NCBI GenBank assembly: GCA_965242525.1
Contig: OZ251459.1
Coordinates: forward strand, 1,568,001 to 1,632,000
DNA length: 64,000 bases
Origin: an uncultured Candidatus Binatia bacterium
GTDB taxonomy: Bacteria; Desulfobacterota; Binatia; UBA9968; JAJDTQ01
Direction of reading: 5' to 3'
Both the position numbers and the translations under genes were made by a program. Position 1 is the stretch's first letter. Every line of letters begins with the position of its first letter. Under the pieces are notes generated by a model, which made no database searches, had not been told where the DNA came from, and was given only the letters and a program-made list of their open reading frames with translations. This document shows positions 21,301 to 31,397 of this stretch, one piece after another.

Positions 21301-21555
21301 ACAGAGCCTGTCAGGGAATTGTGCGACCGCTTCGACAGGGAAACGGAGCAAGGCAGGAACATGGCCCGCTACGACGGGCTGTTGCAAAAGGCTGCCGCAC
21401 ACGTCATGCAGGCGCACGACAGCGCGCAGCTTGCAGGCATGGGCATCTCCGGCCACCGGGGATTCAAGTTGGTCCCGGCGTCGAAGTCGCCGCGGGGCAT
21501 GGAGGACTTCGAGCTGGTAACGTGGCTGGTAATGATGGGCGGGGAACAGGCATGA
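18340..21555 (+). CDS. PLD-nuclease / SNF2-type helicase fusion associated with restriction-modification
   Basis: N-terminal FLHGKLY...VGSSNFT (PLD-like). Helicase motifs LADSVGLGKT, IDESHNFR, LSATPVN, ATDCISEGQNLQ and QRFGRIDR. Confidence 0.9.
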   Translation: MASHKSILDNQTATLADHLHRNLRAARQFDFVSAYFSIYGYGLLEDALQNVEQVRFLFGDPASVDDMDPGARESKSFDLSESGLKPNHSLQQKYLAKRCAEWFSRKSLAVRSISRSNFLHGKLYLAGAAGVVGSSNFTRRGLGGSDQANLEINLAVTDQDTLTELREWFEGLWNDEQRTEDVKERVLEALARIGRDYAPEKVYFKTLYELFRKDIEARMAGEDSIEATGFTSSRIWNALYEFQKDGTRSVIAKLLQHNGCILADSVGLGKTYTALAVIKYFELRTERVLVLCPRKLHENWALYPASNNHRQNPFLEDRFGYTLLAHTDLSRDSGMSGGVNLESVNWRNYNLVVIDESHNFRNDHGQRYKRLLEDLVRGGEETKVLMLSATPVNTSLVDLRNQIYLMTEGREDAFRESLGVENIRSLMGEAQKQFKEWETAQSGQAKRDKGQLLESLGADFQRLLGGVSISRSRRQVEQFYAAEMDRVGRFPEHARPDNHHPPTDVEGKLSYKELADRIEGFTLSIYQPSSYLTDRQRLDELEKERKEYNFDQRDRERFLVHMMRTNFLKRLESSAHALTLTLGRSVGKIDAMLERIDRYENGRLAADDLDAANVTPDDDEEDEDFFVNRRAHSYHLSELDLKRWRKDLQQDRETLGAAWRQVQAITPERDGKLQEIERAVRARVEKPTLDRDGNPNRKLLVFTTFKDTAKYLYEQLSGLTDELGVHMAMVSGDETHAGAGPNDFNSILTNFAPVARNRGAADADIDLLIATDCISEGQNLQDCDTVLNYDIHWNPVRLIQRFGRIDRIGSRSSSVRMMNYWPTEKMEEYLRLKTRVQARMALADVAASGDDDPFSEDDAQLELNFRDQQLRRLLEEIPSLEDLDDSPSMSDFTLDYFITQLLRYLESNKEELEAMPLGVYAVAEGAPSGVVFFLRQRNAGAADARRRVASPVHPFYLVHVQDDGFIRYGCANARQTLGVFEAATQGKTEPVRELCDRFDRETEQGRNMARYDGLLQKAAAHVMQAHDSAQLAGMGISGHRGFKLVPASKSPRGMEDFELVTWLVMMGGEQA

Positions 21556-24500
21556 TTGCGCAAGGTAACGTGAAGGAAGAAGTACGCGCCGCGCTGTCCG
21601 GGCTGGAGGGCAGAGAACTCGCAACCGCGGCAGAGGGTCTGCTGGGCGCACTGGGCTACCATAGCGAGCGTACCCCACGTCAGTCCGGCCGCGTGGACGA
21701 CTTCATTTCACGACTACCCGCGCCGAAGCGCGGCACGAGCTCGGAGCAAGAGTTCCGCAAGGAAGCCACCGCCGTCCACGTCGTCTTCCAATTCACGGAC
21801 ACGGAAATCGCGGCCTCCGCACAGGCCAGCCTGCTGGACGACGCCCCGTCGTTCGACGAGGGCAACGCCAAGAGCTTCTTGTTCACAGCCGTGGATCTGC
21901 AAGGCAAGAGCTACCCGCGCGGGAAGTATGCAGCTTTCACACGGGAGGTCAACAAACGCATCAGCGCGCCGGTGGTCGTCCTGTTCCGTAACGGGACAGG
22001 CAAGGTCACGCTGGCGTTCGCGCATCGACGGCAGAATCGGCGTAACCCGGAGCGGGACGTGTTAGGCAACGTCTTGCTCATCCGAGAGATGGACGCTGCG
22101 GATCCGCACCGCGCCCATCTGGACATCCTCGCCGAGCTATCGCTCCCCCAACGGCTGAAGTGGATGGCGTCCCATGACAAGCAGCGCAACTTCGACGGAC
22201 TGCTTACAGCATGGCTGGACGCCCTGGACACGGAGGAGCTCAACCGCCGCTTCTACCGCGAGTTGTTCGGGTGGTTCGAGCGGGCGGTGGAACAGGCGCG
22301 CTTCCCGCAGGGCGAGGCAAAGTCCATCTCCCGAGAGGAACACGTCATACGCCTCATCACACGGCTGCTGTTCGTGTGGTTCATCAAGGAGAAAGGCTTG
22401 GTAGCGGAGGATTTGTTCGTCGAGGAGAGGGTGGAGAAACTGCTGAAGGACTACGACCGCGACGCTGGCGATTCCTACTACCGGGCCGTGCTGCAGAACC
22501 TGTTCTTCGCCACGCTGAACACGGAGATCGGGCGGCGGCGCTTCAGCGGCAAAGGCAACCCCACCCACCGTGACTTCTCGCTCTACCGCTACAGGGAGGA
22601 AATAGCGGACGAGAAAGGGCTACTGGAATTGTTCGGGCGAACGCCGTTCATCAACGGCGGGCTGTTCGACTGCCTGGATAGCGAGGCGGCCACGGGGCAT
22701 GGCGGCTACCGCATCGACTGCTTCTCGGACGTGCACTATCACAGGCTGAGCATCCCCAACCGGCTGTTCTTCGGCGAGGACGGCCTCATCGACCTGTTCG
22801 AGCGCTACAAGTTCACCGTGGAGGAGAACACGCCTGCGGAACAGGAAGTTGCGCTGGACCCGGAGCTTCTGGGCAAGGTGTTCGAGAATCTGCTGGCGGC
22901 GAACACGCCGGAGACCTCGGAGAAGGTGCGGAAGCAGACAGGTTCCTACTACACGCCCCGTGCGGTGGTGGAGTACATGGTGGACGAGGCACTGGTTGGC
23001 GCGCTCGCCCGGAAAGCGCCTCCGCCGGACGGAGACGAGGACTTCTACCAAGAGCGTCTCCGCTATCTGCTCGACTACGAGGACGCCTTCAGCGATGCGG
23101 ATACGCTGTTCACGCCGGAGGAACGCGAAGGCGTCGTGTGCGCCATCGCTGAGCTTCGAGTTCTGGACCCGGCGGTGGGTTCCGGCGCATTTCCCATGGG
23201 CATCCTGCACAAGCTAACCTTGGCCTTGCGCCGCCTGGATTCGGACAACCACTTGTGGGAGAAGCTTCAGAGAGAGAAGGCGGAAGTGCGCGCGAAGGAT
23301 GCCTTCCGGACCAAGGATCAGAAGGCGCGAAGGGAAGAACTTACGGGGATAAGCGATACATTCGAGCGGTACCGCGATTCGGACTTCGGGCGGAAGCTAT
23401 ACCTCATCCAGAACAGCATCTACGGCGTGGACATCCAACCCATTGCCTGCCAGATAGCCAAGCTGCGCTTCTTCATCTCGCTGGCCATTGAACAGCGGCC
23501 TAACGAGGACGATGAGGACAACTACGGCATCAAGCCACTGCCTAACTTGGAGACTCGGTTCGTGGCGGCGAATACCCTGTTGGGGCTGGACACTGGCACC
23601 CAGATGACCCTGGGACAGACCGGCGAGGTACCGCGGCTTCAGAGGGAATTGCGGGCCAATCGGGAACGTCACTTCCACGCCACGACGCGGAGACGAAAAC
23701 TGGACTGCCGCCGACGGGACGCCAACCTGCGCCGACGATTGGCGGACGCGCTACGCGGAGCGGGCTTCTCTGCCGAGTCCGCGGAGCAGCTAGCGGCGTG
23801 GGACGCCTTCGACCAGAATGCGACAGAAGCGAAGTGGTTCGACGCGGAATACATGTTCGGGGTGTCGGACGGATTCGAGGTGGTGATCACAAATCCTCCC
23901 TATGTGCAACTTCAGAAGGACGGCGGCCGTCTAGCGCAGCTATACAAAGACGCGGACTTCGAGACGTTCGCGCGGACAGGAGACATATACCAGTTGTTCT
24001 ACGAGAAAGGGATGAACCTGTCTACCGAGGGGAGTGGATTACTGGCATACGTGACGTCCAACAGTTGGCTGAAGGCGGAGTACGGCAGATCGACACGGCG
24101 ATGGTTCACGGAGAAGCATACGCCGCTGCGCTTATTGGAGATAGGAAAGGATGTATTCGAGAACGCCATCGTCGATGCCAGCATCCTCATCGTACGCAAT
24201 GGCAAGAGCAACGCCACGAGCCTAGGTGTTGACATGGACCGCCTAGCGGACAAGAGCTTTCCACCGGAGGAAAGCTTCTATGGGGACTTCCGGCCCAATG
24301 GCGAGAGACCTTGGATCGCGCTTTCCAGCATAGAACGGACAGTGATGGACAAGATAGAAGCCGCTGGGACGCCCTTGAAAGAATGGGAGGTGAGCATCTA
24401 TCGTGGGGTTACCACGGGGTTGAATAGCGCCTTCATCATCAATGAGGACACAAAGCAAGCACTTCTCAAGGTAGACCCGAAGTCCGCGGAGATCATCAAG

Positions 24501-25130
24501 CCGGTGCTGCGCGGGCGGGACATCCAGCGATACCGGGCAGAGTATGCCGGCCGGTGGCTGATCGATACCCACAATGGGTATGGGGGCGTTCCTGCCGTTG
24601 ACGTTGACGCTTACCCTTCAGTCAAAGCCCACCTGAATGGCTTCTACTCATGTTTGGAAAAGCGGCAAGACAAGGGCAAGACACCCTATAATCTCCGAAA
24701 CTGCACCTACCACGAGGAGTTTGCCAAGGAGAAGTTGGTTTGGCTTGACCTGACCGAGCGAGGAAGATTTGCATATGACACTGACAAAATGTTCTGCGTG
24801 AACACGGCTTTCATCATGTCAGGGGAAGCAATCAAATATCTGTGCGCGGTGCTCAACTCCAAATTGGCAACTTGGTTTATGAGCAACACCGCGCTCAATT
24901 CCGGCATGGGAATATCTCGATGGATTCCCGTATGGATCGAACGAATTCCGGTGCCTCGTATTGACGCAGGTGGTCAGCGTCCGTTCGTGGAACTAGTGGA
25001 TCGGATACTGTCCGCGAAGCAAAAAGATGCCTCTGCGGACACATCGGGGTACGAGCGAGAAATAGACGCATTGGTGTACACGCTGTACGGGCTGATAGGG
25101 GATGAGATGACGGTGGTGGAAGGGGAGTAG
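21552..25130 (+). CDS. Type IIG (Eco57I-like) restriction-modification protein / N6-adenine DNA methyltransferase with TaqI-C-like target recognition domain
   Basis: GSYYTP, VLDPAVGSGAF (motif I), YGVDI, ITNPPYV (motif IV), C-terminal YLCAVLNS. ATG 21552 overlaps the helicase stop. Confidence 0.9.
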   Translation: MIAQGNVKEEVRAALSGLEGRELATAAEGLLGALGYHSERTPRQSGRVDDFISRLPAPKRGTSSEQEFRKEATAVHVVFQFTDTEIAASAQASLLDDAPSFDEGNAKSFLFTAVDLQGKSYPRGKYAAFTREVNKRISAPVVVLFRNGTGKVTLAFAHRRQNRRNPERDVLGNVLLIREMDAADPHRAHLDILAELSLPQRLKWMASHDKQRNFDGLLTAWLDALDTEELNRRFYRELFGWFERAVEQARFPQGEAKSISREEHVIRLITRLLFVWFIKEKGLVAEDLFVEERVEKLLKDYDRDAGDSYYRAVLQNLFFATLNTEIGRRRFSGKGNPTHRDFSLYRYREEIADEKGLLELFGRTPFINGGLFDCLDSEAATGHGGYRIDCFSDVHYHRLSIPNRLFFGEDGLIDLFERYKFTVEENTPAEQEVALDPELLGKVFENLLAANTPETSEKVRKQTGSYYTPRAVVEYMVDEALVGALARKAPPPDGDEDFYQERLRYLLDYEDAFSDADTLFTPEEREGVVCAIAELRVLDPAVGSGAFPMGILHKLTLALRRLDSDNHLWEKLQREKAEVRAKDAFRTKDQKARREELTGISDTFERYRDSDFGRKLYLIQNSIYGVDIQPIACQIAKLRFFISLAIEQRPNEDDEDNYGIKPLPNLETRFVAANTLLGLDTGTQMTLGQTGEVPRLQRELRANRERHFHATTRRRKLDCRRRDANLRRRLADALRGAGFSAESAEQLAAWDAFDQNATEAKWFDAEYMFGVSDGFEVVITNPPYVQLQKDGGRLAQLYKDADFETFARTGDIYQLFYEKGMNLSTEGSGLLAYVTSNSWLKAEYGRSTRRWFTEKHTPLRLLEIGKDVFENAIVDASILIVRNGKSNATSLGVDMDRLADKSFPPEESFYGDFRPNGERPWIALSSIERTVMDKIEAAGTPLKEWEVSIYRGVTTGLNSAFIINEDTKQALLKVDPKSAEIIKPVLRGRDIQRYRAEYAGRWLIDTHNGYGGVPAVDVDAYPSVKAHLNGFYSCLEKRQDKGKTPYNLRNCTYHEEFAKEKLVWLDLTERGRFAYDTDKMFCVNTAFIMSGEAIKYLCAVLNSKLATWFMSNTALNSGMGISRWIPVWIERIPVPRIDAGGQRPFVELVDRILSAKQKDASADTSGYEREIDALVYTLYGLIGDEMTVVEGE

Positions 25131-25221
25131 GTGTTGGATGGAAATGCCCATGAAGTCACGCGCCGGTGCGCCCGGTCGCGCTTGCGAAACATACCATCGG
25201 TCATTAGGAGCTGAAACCAGA

Positions 25222-25647
25222 ATGACCGCCCTCCCTCACCCCATCCCCACGAGCGCAACGGCGACGAAGAAAATGCGTGCGAACCGCCGATTAGATACGA
25301 AGCCCGAAATCAGGCTCAGATCCGCACTGCATCGAGCCGGATTGCGATTCAGGAAAGACCAACTTATCCGCCTGCCCAATGGCAAAACAACGCATCCCGA
25401 CGTCGTGTTCCCTCGAAAGAGAGTCGCTGTCTTCGTAGATGGCTGCTTCTGGCATTCATGCCCGCAACACGGCACTACTCCAAAGTCCAACGTGGACTAT
25501 TGGATCCCCAAGCTGAAAGAAAACGTCGAGAGAGACAGAGCCACGGATTCGGAGTTGGAGGCAGGCGGGTGGCAGGTCGTCAGGGTCTGGGCGCACGTGC
25601 ATGAGGACGAAGCAGCGGCTACAATCATATTAAGGTTCTCAGAATAG
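25222..25647 (+). CDS. vsr: Very short patch repair endonuclease; native C-terminus displaced by an IS630 insertion
   Basis: MRANRRLDTKPE, PDVVF, VFVDGCFWH.CP.H, YW..KL..NVERD, GWQVVRVW. Start could instead be 25144 or 25150. Confidence 0.92.
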   Translation: MTALPHPIPTSATATKKMRANRRLDTKPEIRLRSALHRAGLRFRKDQLIRLPNGKTTHPDVVFPRKRVAVFVDGCFWHSCPQHGTTPKSNVDYWIPKLKENVERDRATDSELEAGGWQVVRVWAHVHEDEAAATIILRFSE

Positions 25648-26733
25648 AAACCATTACAAGTTCGTATAACAAGTAGTGGGAGCATGGAAGAAGCTCCGTA
25701 TCAAAGCAGGCAGTTGTTGCATCCGACGCAGGTGAGACATGGTCATGGCTCGCAAGGTTTCCCGGGATGTGATCCGCTTGCGCCCCAACGCCTGGTTCTT
25801 CAAGTTGTTCCACACCAGTTCGTCCGGGTTGAGTTCCGGCGAGTACGGCGGCAGGTAATGCAACTCGAGCATCCCTTCCTGTTCCTCCACGAAACGCCGC
25901 ACCGACTTGGCCCGATGGACCGGGTGGCCGTCCACAATCAGGAAAATGGGAGAGGTCGCATTCACCATCAGGCGTCTGAGAAACCCGATGAACACCGGCG
26001 CCGTCACTCGCCCCGGAGTCACCATGAAGCGAAGATGCCCACGGGCGCTGATGGCAGAGATGAGGTTCGCCCCGAACCGCGCCCCCGTGCCCGACACCAC
26101 CGGAGTATGCCCCCGAAGCCCCCAGGTCGTGCCCCAATGACTGTCCGAACGAACCCCCGCCTCGTCTCCGAAGAAGATCTGCGCCCCCACACGCTTCGCC
26201 CGGTCATGCAGCTTCGGGTATTCCTCCTCCCGCCAATGACGGGCCGCCTCCGGATCCTGTTGATAGGCACGCCAAACAGGACGCTGCACGCTCAATCCCA
26301 TCTGCCCCAGCAACCGGCACACCGTACTGTGACTCAGCCGCACACCCCATCGCCTGTCGATCAGCTCCTGCACCATCTTCGCCGTCCACAGCGCAAACGG
26401 AAACCGCAACTGCAACGGGTTCTTCTCCACCACCGTGTCATAAACCCATTTCAGCGCCCTCGCATCCAGCTTCGGAGGCCGCCCTCCTCGCTTGCGGGCG
26501 TCCAGCTTCCCCCATCCCCCGCTGCGGTACAACGCCAACCAACGGAACACCGTGCGCAGGTTCACTCCCATGGCCGCCGCCACTTCTGTCGGCTTCGACC
26601 CCGCTTGCAGGCTCGCAATCCCGCGCCGGCGCAATTCCGTCAAGGTCCGATGATCCAGTTTTCGTCCGTCCGTGTTCATACCCGTTATCATACTATACTT
26701 CTGGTTCTATGGCAACTAAAATCGGACCCTTAA
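25630..26733 (-). mobile_element. IS630-family insertion sequence (~1.1 kb)
   Basis: Imperfect terminal IRs TTAAGGTTCTCAGAATAG / TTAAGGGTCCGATTTTAG, flanked by TA at 25628-25629 and 26734-26735 (the IS630 target duplication). Confidence 0.85.
25654..26691 (-). CDS. IS630-family transposase
   Basis: N-terminal HTH, FGDEAG, LIVDGHPVH, LPPYSPELNPDELVW (DDE). Confidence 0.95.
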   Translation of the reverse strand: MITGMNTDGRKLDHRTLTELRRRGIASLQAGSKPTEVAAAMGVNLRTVFRWLALYRSGGWGKLDARKRGGRPPKLDARALKWVYDTVVEKNPLQLRFPFALWTAKMVQELIDRRWGVRLSHSTVCRLLGQMGLSVQRPVWRAYQQDPEAARHWREEEYPKLHDRAKRVGAQIFFGDEAGVRSDSHWGTTWGLRGHTPVVSGTGARFGANLISAISARGHLRFMVTPGRVTAPVFIGFLRRLMVNATSPIFLIVDGHPVHRAKSVRRFVEEQEGMLELHYLPPYSPELNPDELVWNNLKNQALGRKRITSRETLRAMTMSHLRRMQQLPALIRSFFHAPTTCYTNL

Positions 26734-26760
26734 TAACTCGATTGGAGTCACTGCAAAGCC

Positions 26761-28779
26761 CTAGCGGAGTTCCGGGCTGATAGCCTTCACGTCTTCTATC
26801 TCAATGCTCTTGATGAGATGATACACTCTACCTGCTTGATCCGCACGATCAACGTAATCTTGGTATGCCTCCATCGCGTTCTGGATGAGTTCGTCGTACA
26901 TTACTACACGCGCATTCCAATCTTCCAGATTAGCACGTGATCTCTGTTCAATGTCAGAAGTATCCCAATCTTGCGGTCGTTTCCCAACAACACACACGAA
27001 CTCGAATGGGTCATTTCCCTTACCATTTGTTTGCAGGACTTTCTGGACAGATTTGAAGTACCGTCGTATCTGTCCCTGTAGCTCCATGCTATCCAGTCTC
27101 CGAGAAGCCTTCTTGAGCTCGATTATCACATGCTTGCCCGCTGTGGTAGTGTAGTGGATATCCACTCGTCTCCTCTGCTGTTCCTTGGGCAGAGATTTGA
27201 AGACCGCACCCAAAGCTGTGTAGATCCGCTTTTCCATATGCTTTGTATGTGTTGCCCGTTCCCATGAGGGGTCCAACAGCCAGAGGTGCTTGAATAGATG
27301 TTCTTGGAACGCTCTTTCTTTAGCATCATCATCGACGAGATTCGTCAGTTTCCGGATAACTTCAAGCCTGTCCCTAGCAATCTGGTAATATGCGCTGGCC
27401 TCAAGATCGTCCAACTGGATGAACACTTCCTCAAGGATGTTCAGATTGTCGGCTGATACCTTGTCGAGGCGATAGAGTAGATTGCGCAATTTAAGACTTT
27501 CGAAGGCAAGGATGCCGCTTACGTATAGTTGACGCTTCTCCGTCAAGTCATCTATAGGCAAACGATTGATTCGACCAAAAAGGTTGTTAGCGACCTTCCT
27601 GTGATCCGAATTGAGTTGTGCTTCCCATTCCTTGATTTGAGGAATCTTCAGTGCATCTTCTCTGCCCTTCCGATTCCGTAAAGTTGTCCATTTGTTCTGG
27701 ATGAAATGCAGTTCATCTTGAAGTTTGGACTTCAAGGCCTGGTACCTGGGGTTTTCCTCAATGATGCACTGTCTGCTGGTTGTAGCGATGTCTTCTTCGT
27801 CGTCCAAATCCAAGAAGTCTGCGTGTATCTCCCCAATGATGTACTTTGTATAGAGTCCCCCTTCGGCAAACTCCTCCAAGATGTCCTCTTGCGCCAGTTT
27901 GCCGCGCACCATCAGGAGTATCCTGTTTATGCTTTCGTTGGTATCAGAATCCTTCAATTGACCAGATACTTCGACTGTGCCAATCCATCCGTCGATTTGG
28001 AAATTGCTTCCATCCGTCGCTGTTACTGCGCCCGATCTGATTTCAGCGTGCTGCAGTTTCTTGGCCGCCGCTTTTGCCTCCTGTCCAGTTTCGCCAAATA
28101 CCCAAATATACTGGAGCTTATCATGGTAGTCCCGGTCTTCGATGAGGATTGGATCGTCATTCAAGGTTATCTCGAAGTTGTGACTCCCTCCGATAACGCT
28201 GAACCTGCGAGCGAGCCTTTTCTTCAAGGCTTCACTGCTCCGATGCAGTCGCCGCTTCATATTGGTGAGAATTATCTTCGTTCCCTTGCTTAGCGTGATC
28301 TCCGCAGCGTCAACCGGGTGGGGATTGTAGTCGCTCTCCTGATTCCCATGGATAGCTTCTTCAATCGCGTCAAGGTTCATCCTGAACCCATGAGATTCAT
28401 TATCTTTCACGCTATGGACTTCGACTGTACGGGCTATCGAGAAGAGGGACAGCTTGCCAATACCCTTCCGTCCCATGACGGACCGGCGGAATCGTGGTGT
28501 CTTGGCGCCATCGGGCGCCTTGCGACGCTCGTAGCCCACGCACAGGTAACGCTGATTGGCGTCATCTACGCTCATGCCATGGCCATCATCTTGGATGATG
28601 ATCTTGCCATCATTCGGGTCTATGTCGATGGAAACATGCTCGGCATCGGCGTCCCACGCATTGGCCACTGCTTCGGAGAGAACCGCAGGAACGTTGCTGT
28701 AGAGACCAATACCTAAGTGGTTCAGGACATTCAGACTCAGCGTCATCTTGTACTTACTGCTTTCGCTAGAGGCCATCAT
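26761..28779 (-). CDS. GHKL(MORC-like) ATPase fused to a PD-(D/E)XK nuclease; HgiDII/BbrUII-like restriction endonuclease
   Basis: EAVANAWDA, DDGHGM, GRKGIGKLS, C-terminal VDIHY...VIIELKK. Coupled to a C5-MTase; visibly AT-richer than the flanking genes. Confidence 0.82.
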   Translation of the reverse strand: MMASSESSKYKMTLSLNVLNHLGIGLYSNVPAVLSEAVANAWDADAEHVSIDIDPNDGKIIIQDDGHGMSVDDANQRYLCVGYERRKAPDGAKTPRFRRSVMGRKGIGKLSLFSIARTVEVHSVKDNESHGFRMNLDAIEEAIHGNQESDYNPHPVDAAEITLSKGTKIILTNMKRRLHRSSEALKKRLARRFSVIGGSHNFEITLNDDPILIEDRDYHDKLQYIWVFGETGQEAKAAAKKLQHAEIRSGAVTATDGSNFQIDGWIGTVEVSGQLKDSDTNESINRILLMVRGKLAQEDILEEFAEGGLYTKYIIGEIHADFLDLDDEEDIATTSRQCIIEENPRYQALKSKLQDELHFIQNKWTTLRNRKGREDALKIPQIKEWEAQLNSDHRKVANNLFGRINRLPIDDLTEKRQLYVSGILAFESLKLRNLLYRLDKVSADNLNILEEVFIQLDDLEASAYYQIARDRLEVIRKLTNLVDDDAKERAFQEHLFKHLWLLDPSWERATHTKHMEKRIYTALGAVFKSLPKEQQRRRVDIHYTTTAGKHVIIELKKASRRLDSMELQGQIRRYFKSVQKVLQTNGKGNDPFEFVCVVGKRPQDWDTSDIEQRSRANLEDWNARVVMYDELIQNAMEAYQDYVDRADQAGRVYHLIKSIEIEDVKAISPELR

Positions 28780-29818
28780 GCTTCTCCAAATGTGTCAGGA
28801 TGGAGCAGCCGATGGCCTCGCCAAGCCTGACCGGAACTGCGTTTCCTATCAATCGCGCGACCTGGGTTATCCCAACGGACTCCTCTTCCGAGACGAACGA
28901 ATAGTCCTTGGGGAACGTCTGCAGGAGAGCGCCCTCGCGCAACGAGATTGCGCGATCCTGGACGGGGTGCCCAAACCTGCCATTGCCAAACCCGATGAAT
29001 TGGGTGGTGATGGTTGGAGCCAAGTCCTCCCATCGCATCCGGCCATAGACGCCCGGATAGGTCTGTCCGGTCTCCCTGGCATGACATTCCGCAACGAGAC
29101 CCTGGCTCCAATCACGCCACGTTCCGCCGGGTTTGGAGTTGCGGATGCGTTCGAGATTCCGGGTCGAGAGAACACTCGACATGTGCAACGGGTCGGACGC
29201 CGACGCTTCACCTGCTCCGATCTCATCCAGGTGTCGGATCGAGTCCCCTACGGTGATGAATTCGCTCCTGGCATGAGTCGGAGGCGTCAACTCGATGTGG
29301 CCGAGCCTCGACGCAAACAGCACGAGACGCCTCCTGGTTTGTGGAACTCCATAGCTGGCGCATCTCGCAACCTGGTAATGGACGTTATACGCCTTGCTTT
29401 CGAGAACACTCAGGAAGTCGCCGAAGACGGTGTGTTTTTCGAGGCGCGGCACGTTTTCCATCGTGACGACTTCAGGGAGCGTCCTTTCGACCACTTCCCC
29501 GAACTTGGAAAGCAGTTGCCACTCTCCCTTCCGTACACGGCCCGTGCTGGCATAAGACGAAAACGGCTGGCATGGCGTGCATCCGGCCAGGACCCGGATG
29601 GAATTCGGGGGGAAGAGAGAGGCTATGAACCCTGGCGATAGATCGGCCAAGTCCTCTTCGTAGAACTTCGCCCCGACGTTCGCCTCGAACGGATGCCGGC
29701 AAGCCGGATCGATGTCGATCCCGGCAACTACGTCCACGCCCGCCTGCTTCATTCCATAGGAAAGCCCGCCCGCGCCGCAGAACAGGTCGATGGCGGTTGG
29801 CGCTGAGGTAGCGGTCAT
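28766..29818 (-). CDS. dcm: DNA (cytosine-5)-methyltransferase
   Basis: IDLFCGAGG, GCTPCQPFS, MENV, YGVPQTRRR, REGALLQTFP, IGNAVP. Confidence 0.95.
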   Translation of the reverse strand: MTATSAPTAIDLFCGAGGLSYGMKQAGVDVVAGIDIDPACRHPFEANVGAKFYEEDLADLSPGFIASLFPPNSIRVLAGCTPCQPFSSYASTGRVRKGEWQLLSKFGEVVERTLPEVVTMENVPRLEKHTVFGDFLSVLESKAYNVHYQVARCASYGVPQTRRRLVLFASRLGHIELTPPTHARSEFITVGDSIRHLDEIGAGEASASDPLHMSSVLSTRNLERIRNSKPGGTWRDWSQGLVAECHARETGQTYPGVYGRMRWEDLAPTITTQFIGFGNGRFGHPVQDRAISLREGALLQTFPKDYSFVSEEESVGITQVARLIGNAVPVRLGEAIGCSILTHLEKHDGL

Positions 29819-29934
29819 ACCCCTGTCCCCTCTGTCCGCCAATGACGGAATCGGATCAGGATAGGCAAACGGCACGCTGCCATGTCACCTGCACCCTTTC
29901 GCTTGGAGACGAAAGCCTCACCTGGACATCCTTT

Positions 29935-31308
<1,374 letters not shown>

Positions 31309-31397
31309 GTCTCGCCTCTACCTTCAACGGAACGCCGATACAAACCCCTTGGGCGGTTCCGGCCGGCCCCGGCGGCCCGTCCGGGCGCGGAGGGCCG

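Noticed and set aside
18340-25130. DISARM or BREX system
   Set aside because: No DrmA/DrmB, PglZ or BrxC components are visible; only the helicase plus type IIG-like pair is supported.
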